A stretch of DNA of 64,000 bases from Octopus sinensis (Eukaryota), in NCBI RefSeq assembly GCF_006345805.1, contig NC_043020.1:28830001-28894000 (forward strand), in the 5' to 3' direction. The notes under the pieces were generated by a model, which was given only the letters and a program-made list of their open reading frames with translations, was not told the DNA's origin and made no database searches. Made by a program: the position numbers and the translations under genes. Shown in pieces: positions 52,647 through 64,000 of the stretch. Within the stretch, counting starts at the first letter, position 1, and each line of letters starts with the position of its first letter.

Positions 52647-52811
52647 TACGATGGGCTTCTTTCAGTTTCCATCTACCAAATCCACTCACAAGGCATTGGT
52701 CAGCCCGAGGCTATAGTAGAAGACTCTTGCCCAAGGTGCCATGCAGTGGGACTGAACCTTGAACCATGTGGTTGGTAAACAAGCTACTTACCACACAGCC
52801 ACTCCTGCGCC
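52384..52811 (-). mobile_element. SINE family A, full length, low divergence
   Basis: Reverse complement of 59760-60150. Confidence 0.9.
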
Positions 52812-53264
52812 TATAATCACCTTTCTGGAACTAAAAGATTCTATGATGGCACCTGACATCCACCTGGTAGTAATTAAGGAATCCGCCTTCACAACCGTAA
52901 TGTTAGATGCTTAATAACTTTAATTACGTTCAGATCAGATTGCATAGATCCAATCACATATGTAAAAACCTCGCGTTTGGTACATAGGAACCACAAACAA
53001 CAGGTGATACCATAGGAGCAATGCAGGCATTCTAATTTGGAAACAGGTAATATGAAGCACGCACACACACACGCACACAGCCACACGGTGCAAGATATGG
53101 AGTTTGGTTTGTTACAATGTTGTCTCAAGTTCCATGTCATTATGGGACATCTTATGCAAGTCTCTTCCACTGCAGCCTTTGACTGGCCATTGCCCTGTAA
53201 GTGAAACTGGTAAAGAGAAACTGTATGGAAGCCCATATATACATACACACCCACACATATAGTT

Positions 53265-53339
<75 letters not shown>

Positions 53340-53340
<1 letters not shown>

Positions 53341-53630
53341 CATGTTCACCGTGACTGACTACAACATCACTGGTCACAATGCGCTTCACATTGTTTTAGC
53401 CTTCAAATGTCGCCACCCCGCTGGCTAAGCAAGCAGGCCAACAGAAGAAAGAGTGAGAGAAAGAGAGGTGAAAGAGTACAGCAGGGCTCACCACCCCCTG
53501 CCGGAGCCTCGTGGAGCTTTAAGTGTTTTCGCTTAATAAACACTCACAACGCCCGGTCTCGGAATTGAAACCATGATCCTATGACCTTGAGTCCGCTGCC
53601 CTAACCACTGGGCCATTGCACCTCCACACA
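53340..53630 (-). mobile_element. tRNA-headed SINE, relative of 1148-1530
   Basis: Shares cctgccggagcctcgtggagcttt and the tRNA-like head. Confidence 0.75.
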
Positions 53631-54001
53631 TACATACACATATGTATATATATTTGTATCTGTCTATATGTTTAAATGTATATAGCATGTGTGTATCTAT
53701 TTACATACTTCATCTGTAGGTGAGTGGAATAAAAAAATAAATCCATAATTGGATAAAAAAAACGTAACAACAGGTAAGGATTAATGTAAAACGATAACTC
53801 AGTGTGTATCAGCCCTAACCTTTGCTACCATGGGAAAATGGTTTTAAAATTAAAGAAAACACACACACACACACACACAAACACATATACATACACAAAT
53901 ATATACACATGCTTGCATACATACATACACACACACATAGAAAAATACATACCACATATATACATGCAAACATATAATTAAGTATACACATATTGACAGT
54001 C

Positions 54002-54085
<84 letters not shown>

Positions 54086-54151
54086 AGGGAATATTATTCC
54101 AAACTTACAGGGGAAAATTCAATTTAGAAATACTAAATCAAATTTCACAAA

Positions 54152-54205
<54 letters not shown>

Positions 54206-54212
<7 letters not shown>

Positions 54213-54339
54213 TAGAAAAAAAACCCACCTTTTATCAATTCAACATATTTAATTTTTTCTACAAGATGTAATTTTTTTCTATATGGTCTAATTTAATTTT
54301 TTCATTGTTGAATTGATAAAAGGTGTTTTTTTTCTAATT

Positions 54340-54343
<4 letters not shown>
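54206..54343. repeat. Inverted repeat (~40-bp arms) between TA runs
   Basis: aaattagaaaaaaaacccaccttttatcaattcaaca pairs with tgttgaattgataaaaggtgttttttttctaattt. Confidence 0.8.
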
Positions 54344-54387
<44 letters not shown>

Positions 54388-54394
54388 GAGGGGT

Positions 54395-54619
54395 TTAGAA
54401 AATTACTATTCGTAAATCTCACAACATGAGATATTCAGCAACAGTACTTTTGGAGTCAAGATTGTTTGCCAACATAACATGGAAGTCTTGGTTTAGGACG
54501 AATGTTGCTGTTATTTAGCCCCAGGAGACATCATCTCCAGCTGGCTATACAACACGATCTGCATCCTTATATTTTCAAAGAAATGCATTTAGAACCCCCA
54601 CCACTCAGCTCAAAACAAT
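54395..54619 (-). mobile_element. Truncated second copy of the 29.85-30.2 kb insert, lacking the HHR
   Basis: Colinear from ttagaaaattactatt to ctcagctcaaaacaat. Confidence 0.85.
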
Positions 54620-54758
54620 GTTACCCGAGCATCCCACCGGATTACACATTTCATTGAAAACACTTTAAAATTCTTCCAAAAAACATCATAGGGAAAGATT
54701 TCACTGCTTTCAACCAAATCTGGGTTCTGGAACAGACTACTACTACTACTGCTACTGT

Positions 54759-54789
<31 letters not shown>

Positions 54790-55159
54790 GCTACTGCTGG
54801 TGGTGGTTCAGATGCTGCTGGTGCTACTACTAATAATAATCTTTTCTACTATAGGCGCAAGGCCTGAAATTTGGGGGCAAGGTGCTAGTCAGTAACATTG
54901 ACCCCAGCATTCAACTGGTACTTATTTTATCAACCCCCGAAAGGATGAAAGGTAAAGTCACCCTCAGCAGAATTTAAACTCAGGATGCAAAGTCTGAAAA
55001 ACATTGCTAAGCATTTTGTCTGGTAGAGTAACGATTCCGTCAGCTTGCCACCTTAATGATAACGATGACGACGACTCAAAACGAAACATAATGTCACAAT
55101 TAAACTCACGTTACAACGTAAATAGGCCACACCCACCCATACACACATTACCAGGCCAA

Positions 55160-55195
55160 GTATATATATATATAAGTAATATATATATATATAAG

Positions 55196-55263
<68 letters not shown>

Positions 55264-55355
55264 ATATATTTATTTATTTATGTATTTATATATATATATA
55301 AATACATAAATAAATAAATAATATATATATATAAGTAAATATATATATATATAAG

Positions 55356-55400
<45 letters not shown>

Positions 55401-55409
55401 GTATATATG

Positions 55410-55508
<99 letters not shown>

Positions 55509-55542
55509 ATACATAATATTAAATATATATATATAGATATAT

Positions 55543-55632
<90 letters not shown>
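55160..55632. repeat. (TA)n microsatellite, interrupted
   Basis: Direct reading. Confidence 0.95.
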
Positions 55633-55634
<2 letters not shown>

Positions 55635-56493
55635 ACACCTCCTACTACCCAGACATCACCTTCTACTCCCCATACCTAACCACCAGCACCACAAAATAAA
55701 CATCTTCATTGAGGCCACCCCCCTATTATCATAACATCGAAAAAAGCACATCAACAATGAAACTAAAAATGCTTTCACAGAACCTCAGAAGGGATCCCGT
55801 GGAGCCAGTTTTACCAAGAAACAGAATCAAGGTTTTCCAGAATCTCAAAGAGAATACACAAAAGCTAACACAGACGCTACCAGTATACGACGCTCTCGAA
55901 TGTTCTAGAAAGACTGTTATGATATCACTAGATAAACACTGCCCCTCCCCTCCAAATGACAACACAGAATCAAACCACTGAACTCGGCCGTCAAACTATT
56001 CATGGACCGAAGAGAAAATACAGGAAGCTTCCAATAACAAGCAACAAAGACAAAAAAACATTCTTCTGTAGGGCACAGGCATGGCTGTGTGGTTAAGCAG
56101 TTTGCTTTGTAACCATGAGATTTCAGGTTCAGTCTTTCTGTGCAGCAATGAGCCAATGTGCCTATAATAGAAAGGATTATTATTATTATTATTATTGAGT
56201 GAGAGAGCAGTGCATGCCATCAAAGTGACACTGGGTTAAAATATACGAAGCCCAGTATACTCATCATGACTACCTGTCTGATAAGGGTACACCAGGCACA
56301 TGGATCACATCCATGTGTGTGCAACATGGTGATCTCATTGGGTTCAGTCCCATCGTGTAGCACCTTGGGCAAATGTCTTCTGTTTTACTACAGCCCGGGG
56401 TTGGCTGATGCCTTGTGAATGAATTCAGTAGATGAAAACTATCTAGAAGCCTCTCATATGTGTGTGTGTGTACAAAATATGTTATGTGATACA

Positions 56494-56870
56494 GGCGCAG
56501 GAGTGGCTGTGTGGTAAGAAGCTAGCTTTCCAACCACATGGTTCCAGGTTCAGTCCTACTGCATGGCACCTTGGGCAAGTGTCTTCTACTATAGCTTTGG
56601 GCCAGTCAAAGCCTTGTGAGTTGATTTGGTAGATGGAAACTGAAAGAAGCCCATCGTATATACATATGTGTGTGTGTCTGTGTTTGTCATCCCACGTACC
56701 CACTTCTTCACAACCAATGTTGGTTTGTTTACATCCCTGTAACCTAGCTGTTCGGCACAAAGAACCGATAGAATAAGTAGCCAGACTTTAAAAATAAACA
56801 AGCACTGGAGATGAATTATTTGACCAAAACCCCTTCAAGGCAGTGCTCCAGCAGGGCCACATTCCAATGA
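56494..56870 (+). mobile_element. SINE family A
   Basis: aggcgcaggagtggctgtgtggtaag…aatgactgaaagaagcaaaagac. Confidence 0.8.
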
Positions 56871-57294
56871 CTGAAAGAAGCAAAAGACAAATGGTAAAAG
56901 ATCTCCAGACATTTAGACATATACAGAACACCCCAGCAAGCATCAATGGTCTCAAACTGGCCCCCAAACACTGTGTTGGGACGGACACGTGGTCAAGTGA
57001 AAAGAAACCAATTCACCTCCCGTGGCCACCACAAGAAACCATGGTCAGACAATCGACTTGAAAACGGGGTGAGTAACTTGCCTAAGAGTGTTACACCCAA
57101 ATGAATCATTGCTGTGTGTTGATGTTGAAGTATGCAGTGAGGTTGTTATTCAGCGAGAGGCATCGGTGAAGGGTGGAAAAGCACAGACCCGTGACTCATG
57201 GTTGGTTGTTTGTTTGAGTAAATGTGCACATTGAATGTTTGGTCAAGCAGGGCTGGAGGGGGGGTGCAGTTGGACAATAACAACAGCAAGAATG

Positions 57295-57535
57295 AAAGGA
57301 GAAGAGGAATGAGAGAAAAGTGAAGGAGGAAAAAGAAGGAGGAAGAAGAAGAATGAGAAGAAGAAGAAGAAGGAGAAGAAGAAGAAGAAGAAGGAGAAGA
57401 AAGAGAAGAAGAAGAAAGAGAAGAAGGAGAAGAAGGAGAAAAAGAAGAAAAGGAAGGAGATAAACGAGGAAGACAAATGAAGAAGAAAAAGGAGGAGGAG
57501 GAGAGGAAGAAGGAAAAGGGGAGGAAGAAGAAGCC
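57295..57535. repeat. Purine-rich (GAA/GGA)n array
   Basis: Direct reading. Confidence 0.9.
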
Positions 57536-58409
57536 TTCTTGTCTTAACATTGTGTGACTGTTGTGAATGAATATCCTTCATTTCCAATACTCTGTGAAAA
57601 CATGTCTGGCCATGGAGAAATATTACCTTACTTGGACATAGGTAAGTGTTGGTGACAGGAAGGGCATCCAGCTGTAGGAAATCTGCCTCAGTAAACTCCA
57701 TCCGACCCATTCAAGTATGGAAAAGCGAATGTTACAATGAAGACGATGATGATGATGATGATGGTAAACAAAATGCATGAAATTTCAGAAGAGGGAGGGA
57801 GGGGTGAGTCAATTAAACTGACTCTAGTACTTGGCTGGTACTTTATTTTAATGACTCCACACGGATGAAAGGCAAGCTTGACCTCAGCAGAATTTGAACT
57901 CAGAACGCAAAGCACCAGAACAAACACAGCAAAGGGATCTTGTCCAACACTGTGACACTCCCACCACTCCCCTGTCCTAACGACAATGATGATAACGACG
58001 ATGATATTGATTTTTCGTGATATCATGCTCGTTATGTCTCAGATCTTTTTACCTAGATTCCACTGGCTATTTATAAATACATATCAACACAATGTTCCGT
58101 TGACCACTGCTTGAAATCCTAAAGCCTGAATTCTCCTCACGAGATTTAATTATCTCATTATACTGCCTAATTTCACACTCCAATTATACAACCTAGATTT
58201 TCACTGGCCAAATTTCCTGGCAGAGTTGGCTGTAAAAATTGTATTGATGATTGTTGAAGCTCAATAAAAGCAAATCATTCGAACAATTTGAAACTGGAAA
58301 GTAGCTTAATGAATGAAATTGTTAATTAACAATATTCCTTTCTACTACAGGCACAAGACCTGAAATTTTCAGGGAAGGAGCTAGGTGATCACATCGACCC
58401 CTCCAGTGC

Positions 58410-58790
58410 TCATCATCATCATCAGCATCGTTTAACGTCCGCTTTCCATGCTAGCATTGGTTGGACGGTTCGACTGGGGTCTGGGAAGCCAGGAGGCCGC
58501 ACCACACACCAGGCTCCAGTTTGATCTGGCAGTGTTTCTACAGCTGGATACCCTTCCTAATGCCAACCACTCCATGAGTGTAGTGGGTGTTTTTTACGTG
58601 CCACCGGCACAGGGGCCAGGGGAGGCTGGCAGTGGCCACGATCAGTTGGTGCTTTTTACGTGCCACTGGCACGGAAACCAGTCAAGGCAGCACTGGCATC
58701 ACTCACATACGGATGGTGCTTTTTACATGCCACCGGCACAGGGGCCAGAGGAGGCTGGCAAATGGCCACGATCGGTTGGTGCTTTTACAT
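58410..58790 (-). mobile_element. SINE family B with four internal modules, nested in a family C copy
   Basis: Family C pieces at ~58345-58405 and ~58800-58910 flank it. Confidence 0.8.
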
Positions 58791-59759
58791 CTCAAAAAGA
58801 TAAAAAGCAAAGTCAACCCACGTGGAATTTGAACTCAGAACATAAAGACAGACAAAATGTTGCGAAGCATTTTACCTGATGTGCTAACGATTCTGCCAAC
58901 TCGCCTCCTTAATTGTTAACAAGGAATTCCAACCAAGTTTATTAATCAAAGCTAAATTTTATTATTAAGTTACAAGAAAAATGTAACATGAGAATTTTTA
59001 AATATAAAGTCTGCAAAAGATTAATAAACAGATAAACAAGGTTTATTCAAATCTTTAAATATTTTTGTGGGATTATTTTATCTTTAAAACGTCTGAGCAA
59101 CAGATTAAGACATTTGTGCACATCATAAAGGTGAAGGCAAATGGCGTAGGAGCTAAGGTGTTGCATTCACAATCTTATGACCATGGTTTCAATCCCCAGG
59201 CCAGGTAGTGCATTGTGTTCTTGAGCGAAACACTTCATTCAATGTTGTTTCAGTCCATTCGAGTGTGGAGGCACGTGGCTTAGTGGTTACAGCGTCGGAC
59301 TCATGGTTGTAAGATTGCAGTTTCGATTCCTGGACTGGGCGATGCGGTGTGTTTTTGAGCAAAACACTTTATTTCACTCAACTGGCAAAAAATGAAGAAT
59401 CCTGCAATGGGCCAGCGTCCTGTATGGGTGGGGGTATTTATATGCCACGGAGACCAAGAAACCGGTCCTTATGAATCGATATGATTCAAGAAGGTAACTT
59501 TGAGGTTTTTCCAATCCAGCCGTAAATGAGTTCCGTCAATTGCTGGAGAGTAAACCTTGTGACAGACTGGCACCCCATCCAGTGGGTATGTGTAATCTCA
59601 GTCATCTATATGTTAAGCTCTGGTTTTGAGTGTCCTACGACTCATGGACACAGCCTGGTCTGGGAACTGAACTCGTAACCTCATGATTTTGGGCCCGACG
59701 CTCTAAGGCCATTAATAAATTACACACACACGCATAAGTATGTGTGTGTGTATGGTATG

Positions 59760-60150
59760 GGCGCATTAGTGGCTGTGTGGTAAGTAGCTTGTTTACCAAC
59801 CACATGGTTCCGGGTTCAGTCCCACTGCGTGGCACCTTGGGCAAGTGTCTTCTACTATAGCCTCGGGCCGACCAATGCCTTGTGAGTGGATTTGGTAGAC
59901 GGAAACTGAAAGAAGCCTGTCGTATGTATATATATGCGTGTGTGTGTTTGTGTTTGTCCCCCTAGCATTGCTTGACAACCGATGTTGGTATGTTTATGTC
60001 CCCGTTACTTAGCGGTTCGGCAAAAGAGACCGATAGAATAAGTACTGGGCTTCCAAAAGAATAAGTCCCGGGGTAGAGTTGCTCGATTAAAAGCGGTGCT
60101 CCAGCATGGCCGCAGTCAAATGACTGAAACAAGTAAAAGAGTAAAAAGAG
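59760..60150 (+). mobile_element. SINE family A, full length
   Basis: tRNA-like head (tggctgtgtggtaag…gggttcagtccc), internal TA/TG tract, aagtaaaagagtaaaaagag tail. Confidence 0.9.
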
Positions 60151-60310
60151 AGAGAGTAAAAGAGTGTGTGTGTGTGTATGTGTGTGGGTGTAATAATGTT
60201 CTATAAAAACCCATGACTAACTAATTACAGTCTCGTTAAGTAATTAAAGTTAAAACAACAACAACGACAACAACAACAACAGCACTTGAAAGATTGTTAG
60301 TTTGAGTTAC

Positions 60311-60482
60311 CTGAAGGCAGTTTGCTAAAAGCGACGTCCGCAGGGAGGAGGGTGTTGGCTGCCGTTGTTACTCGAAACGGTAACAAGTGCATCGTGCTGT
60401 TTGGTATTATGACAGCCAACAAAGCGGTTGTGGGATGCGTTGGTAAGAAGTGCAGCAGATGACCAACTTTGAAAGCTGCCAT
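60311..60482 (-). CDS. Candidate first coding exon of an unidentified gene
   Basis: GTCATGG start, 57 open codons (MAAFKVGHLL…FSKLPS), CAG|GTAACT donor, A-rich upstream sequence; no recognisable domain. Confidence 0.25.
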
Positions 60483-61749
60483 GACAAAGATTTGGTGATG
60501 ATGATGAACACTGTCCACACAGACGACGGAGGAGGAGGAGGGATAGGAGGCGGCGGCGGCGGCGGCGATGGCAGGGGAATCGAACGAAAGAGCAGCATTA
60601 AAGAACACAAGAACTTCACTGGCACTGGCTGTAAATGGCACTCAAAGACAAATATGGCAGCAGAAAATAAGACATCTGTCGCAGATAAGTTGGAAAAAAC
60701 CTTCAAAGTTGATTAAATATGTTGTTGTTTGTATTTGTTTTTTGTTGTTTCAAGCCTTGGTCTTCCTTTTCTTTTGTTGTTTTTTTTTTGGTTGTGGATG
60801 TAAAACTTTTGTGGTTCTTTTTTTGTTTTTATAAGTTTGCTTTTTTGGTTGTTTTTTTTGGTAATTTTTTTTTTTTTTTGTTTGGTTTCGAAGCTGCAGG
60901 GGAAGAGAAGATGAAGCTAAGAGTGATAAAAAGTCATATATGTCTGTGTGAACGCAGTGCCATCCCAGCCCACAGCGAAGAGGGGTTGCGGTGAGGCACT
61001 CACCTTTACTTCACCACGACTTAAATGAAAAGAGCGATCATGTCTGTGTTTGAAGTTACACTGAGAAGTCGTACTCACGTGAGGCTTTAATGAGTGACTT
61101 CACCCCCCGAGACTTGAAGCTAAATGACCAGAGGTAAGCATTACTAAACAGCACCCAGGTGACAACGGAAAGCAATGCAATGGAATGCAAATAATAGGTG
61201 GGTGATGGTGGTGGCGACGGAGTCGGTGGTGGTGGTGGTTGAGGGGGAAGAAAGTGAGAGAGTGCAGGAGCGGAGTAGGACAGTTGATCTAATGACTGGT
61301 CATTTAACAACAAAAATTCTGACCGAAAAAAAAAAAACAAAAAAAAAACGAAACAAACTAGGAACAGAAGCTGTGTGTGAATGTGTGTGTATATGTGTGT
61401 GTGTGTTGTAATTGTTATGTTCCTCTGTGTGTATGTGTGTGTGTGTGAGTGAAAATGTGTATTTGTCTAAAGCTGTATAGTGTTATAAAGCTGTTTCAGT
61501 CTTTGAACTGCAGCCATGCTGGAGCACTACCTCAAAGAGTTTAGTAAAACTAATTGATCCTGGTGCTCGCTTTTTTTTTTCATAGCCCAATACTTATTTT
61601 TTGTTGGTCTCTTTTGCCGAACTGCTAAGTTACAGGAGGAACATAAACACAAAACGCTGTTTTCCAAGTTGTGGTAACATAATGACAGACACAGTAGTAG
61701 TCTTACAAACACACATGTGTACACACACATACACACATACACCTGACTG

Positions 61750-61945
61750 GCCCTCAAGTCCATGGCATGTAAAAAGCACCCACTACACTCTTGGAGTTGT
61801 TAGCATTAGGAAAGGCATCCAGCTGTAGTAACTTTGCCAGATCAAATTGGAGCCTGGTGCAGCCATCTGGTTTGCCAGTCCTCAGTCAAACTGTCCAACC
61901 CATGCCAGCATGGAAAGCGGACGTTAAACGACGACAATGATGATG
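61750..61945 (+). mobile_element. SINE family B
   Basis: tggcatgtaaaaagcacc…ggacgttaaacgacgacaatgatgatg. Confidence 0.8.
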
Positions 61946-62140
61946 AATATGAGGGGTTTAGTTCACTTGTGATCTAAATGAATAGGTATGGTGAGTAAGT
62001 GCTATAGTTGGTCATCTGTTAGGTTCCAAGTTCAGAGCTGAGAATGGATCTAGGGATCCATATTAGGGTTCCTTTATAGCAGGTAGGTGTTATATTAGAG
62101 GAAAAAGCAAAACCAAGACAGAATTGAAGGAGAATTTGAA

Positions 62141-62216
62141 GTCTTGCAGCCGTTTCTGGGATAACCCAAGTGATAGGTTAGCATGTCCACACACTTGGTA
62201 TTCCATCATCAGAGAC
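62141..62216 (-). ncRNA. Type I hammerhead motif, probably inactive (GCA site)
   Basis: GUCU-CUGAUGA-long stem II (CCAAGUG/CACUUGG)-GAA-ACGGCUGC-A-AGAC. Confidence 0.6.
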
Positions 62217-62390
62217 AAGATATGAACATTTTAGACATGGAAAATTTACAGTTTACAAGGAATTAAATAGAAGAATAAAGAGTAAAGACAGAACACTCTT
62301 TATTCTCCTATTTTATTCCTTATAAACTGTGAATATGTTTTATTTGTTGCAAACTGTAAGTTTTTTCCATGTCTAGAATATTTATACCTT

Positions 62391-62466
62391 ATCTCTGATG
62401 ATGGAATACCAAGTGTGTGGACATGCTAACCAACCACTTAGGTTATCCGAGAAACGGCTGTAAGAC
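62391..62466 (+). ncRNA. Type I hammerhead motif, canonical core, GUA site
   Basis: AUCU-CUGAUGA-UGGAAUACCAAGUG…CACUUAGGUUAUCCGA-GAA-ACGGCUGU-A-AGAC; stem I only 3 bp. Confidence 0.65.
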
Positions 62467-62612
62467 TTCAAATTGACCATAATTAAATTATGCTAAATGA
62501 CTTGAGATACTCGTTCTTCCTTGGTTTTGCTTTTCCTTCTAATATATATATATATTACAGAGATGTACTTGCATAGCAAGTGACCTGATCTGAGATTGTG
62601 TGCTGGAACGAA

Positions 62613-62784
62613 AACAATTGCAGCGTGGAAGGTGTTTGTATGCCATTTAAAAAAACACACAAAAACCGTTAGATTCACTTCAACTTTTAAATTTTGACAA
62701 ATTAAATTTAAATGTTGAAGTGAATCTAACGGTTTTTGTGTGTTTCTTAAATGGCTTATAAACACCTTCCATGCTGCAATTGTT
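62613..62784. repeat. Fold-back element (~75-bp arms)
   Basis: aacaattgcagcgtggaaggtgttt…ttcacttcaac pairs with gttgaagtgaa…aaacaccttccatgctgcaattgtt. Confidence 0.85.
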
Positions 62785-62876
62785 ATATATATATATATAT
62801 ATATTGGCCATCACCATGATCAACTGCTAGCCACTAAAGCTTTTTTTATTCTCTCTCTGTTTATTTTCTCGTGTTC

Positions 62877-62912
62877 CTTTCTGTTGAAGAGCGTAGGCTC
62901 GAAACATAAAAG
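62877..62912 (+). ncRNA. Hammerhead-like motif, CUGUUGAA core
   Basis: CUUU-CUGUUGAA-GAGC(GUAG)GCUC-GAA-ACAU-A-AAAG, within repeat 62810-62990. Confidence 0.5.
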
Positions 62913-62994
62913 ACTATTTCACCTTCCTGAGCGTCAAACTAATACATCTGCTTGTTGTTTACACATCTGTCTTCGTCTTTTTTGTAAATTCCCA

Positions 62995-63185
62995 TGCCTG
63001 TGCCGGTGGCACGTAAAAAGCACCCACTACACTCATGGAGTGGTTGGCGTTAGGAAGGGCATCCAGCTGTAGAAACTCTGCCAGATCAGATTGGAGTCTG
63101 GTGCAGCCTTCTGGCTTCCCAGATCCCCGGTCGAATCGTCCAACCCATGCTAGCATGGAGAACGGACGTTAAACGATGATGATGA
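62995..63185 (+). mobile_element. SINE family B
   Basis: gtgccggtggcacgtaaaaagcacc…ggacgttaaacgatgatgat. Confidence 0.85.
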
Positions 63186-63191
63186 TATATG

Positions 63192-63235
<44 letters not shown>

Positions 63236-63239
<4 letters not shown>

Positions 63240-63454
63240 GGGGGAGGTTGCAAAGTTCCTGGCTTTGGATAAAAGAAAATAGAGGAGGATCAGTTAATTA
63301 TGATTTTATTCAACATATTCCCTTCCCAGATTCACACACTTATTGCAGTGGTCCTTCAGTTTTTCTAAGCCCTGTAAAAGAACTTAGAAGATTGGGCCTC
63401 CAATCAGTCTTTCATGACATCCTTAAAGCCAGGAACTTTTCAGCACACCCTCGG
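63236..63454. mobile_element. mariner-type MITE
   Basis: Left gagggggg…aaagttcctggcttt and right aaagccaggaacttttcagcacaccctcg inverted termini, TA-rich flanks. Confidence 0.7.
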
Positions 63455-64000
63455 ATATATAGATATGGCTTCAGCACAATTTCCATCAACCAGTTTCACT
63501 CACCGGGTATTCATCCACCCAAGGCTTATAATACAAGCAAACTTCTTAATCGCATGGTTATGCTTGTACCTGTTGTGTAAATCTGTACATAAGCCAAACA
63601 TATTTAAGGCTAAATATGAATTTAAGTGAGACTGTGTCAGTCTGTATATGTGTGTATACAGTATATATATATATGTGAGAGTGTGTGCATACTGTATATA
63701 TGTGTGCACAGATTTCACTGTGTGACATCTTGGGAAAGTGTCCTTTATCATAACCTCTGACTGAGCCAAGCTTTGTGGGTGAAGTTGGGTTGAAAGAAAA
63801 AGTGTGGGAGCCTGTCGGGTGAATTGAACCTGTGATTCAAAGACCCACTTTTGTCACAAACTGATCCTGCTTGGGAATTGTGTCAAGCAGACACAAATAT
63901 CTTTTATCTTTAATCTTTAATGTTTTTATTTGTTTCAGTCATTGAACTGTGGCCATGCTGGGGCACTGCCTTGAAGGGTTTAATCAAACAAATTGGCCCC

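Larger units (their letters stand above)
62134..62475. mobile_element. Fold-back element (~340 bp) with an HHR at each outer end
   Basis: Imperfect palindrome centred near 62290. Confidence 0.85.

Overview
AT-rich eukaryotic DNA, dense in repeats. The SINE families and the CA/TA/GAT microsatellites resemble an octopus (coleoid cephalopod) genome; this is inferred from recognition, not from a database search. No intact, recognisable protein-coding gene is present, and almost all listed ORFs are translations of microsatellites or SINEs. The window holds at least four SINE families, three TTAA-flanked piggyBac-like MITE families, a mariner-type MITE, a Helitron/Helentron-like element, a decayed Tc1/mariner transposase, a CR1/L2-type LINE 3' fragment, a 26-bp minisatellite and a ~1.13-kb tandem duplication. 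A possible gene 5' end lies on the minus strand near 60.3-61.3 kb. The most notable signal is a set of minimal type I hammerhead ribozyme (HHR) motifs with palindromic stem III, from several unrelated repeat families. One has a canonical core (30074-30118, minus) and sits in a terminally redundant ~355-nt insert that looks retrozyme- or Penelope-like. Others are inverted HHR pairs inside fold-back elements (11.3-11.65 kb with a U3-A8 core, 62.1-62.5 kb) and a CUGUYGAA-core family. All folds were paired by eye and none was tested. SINE and repeat boundaries are approximate.
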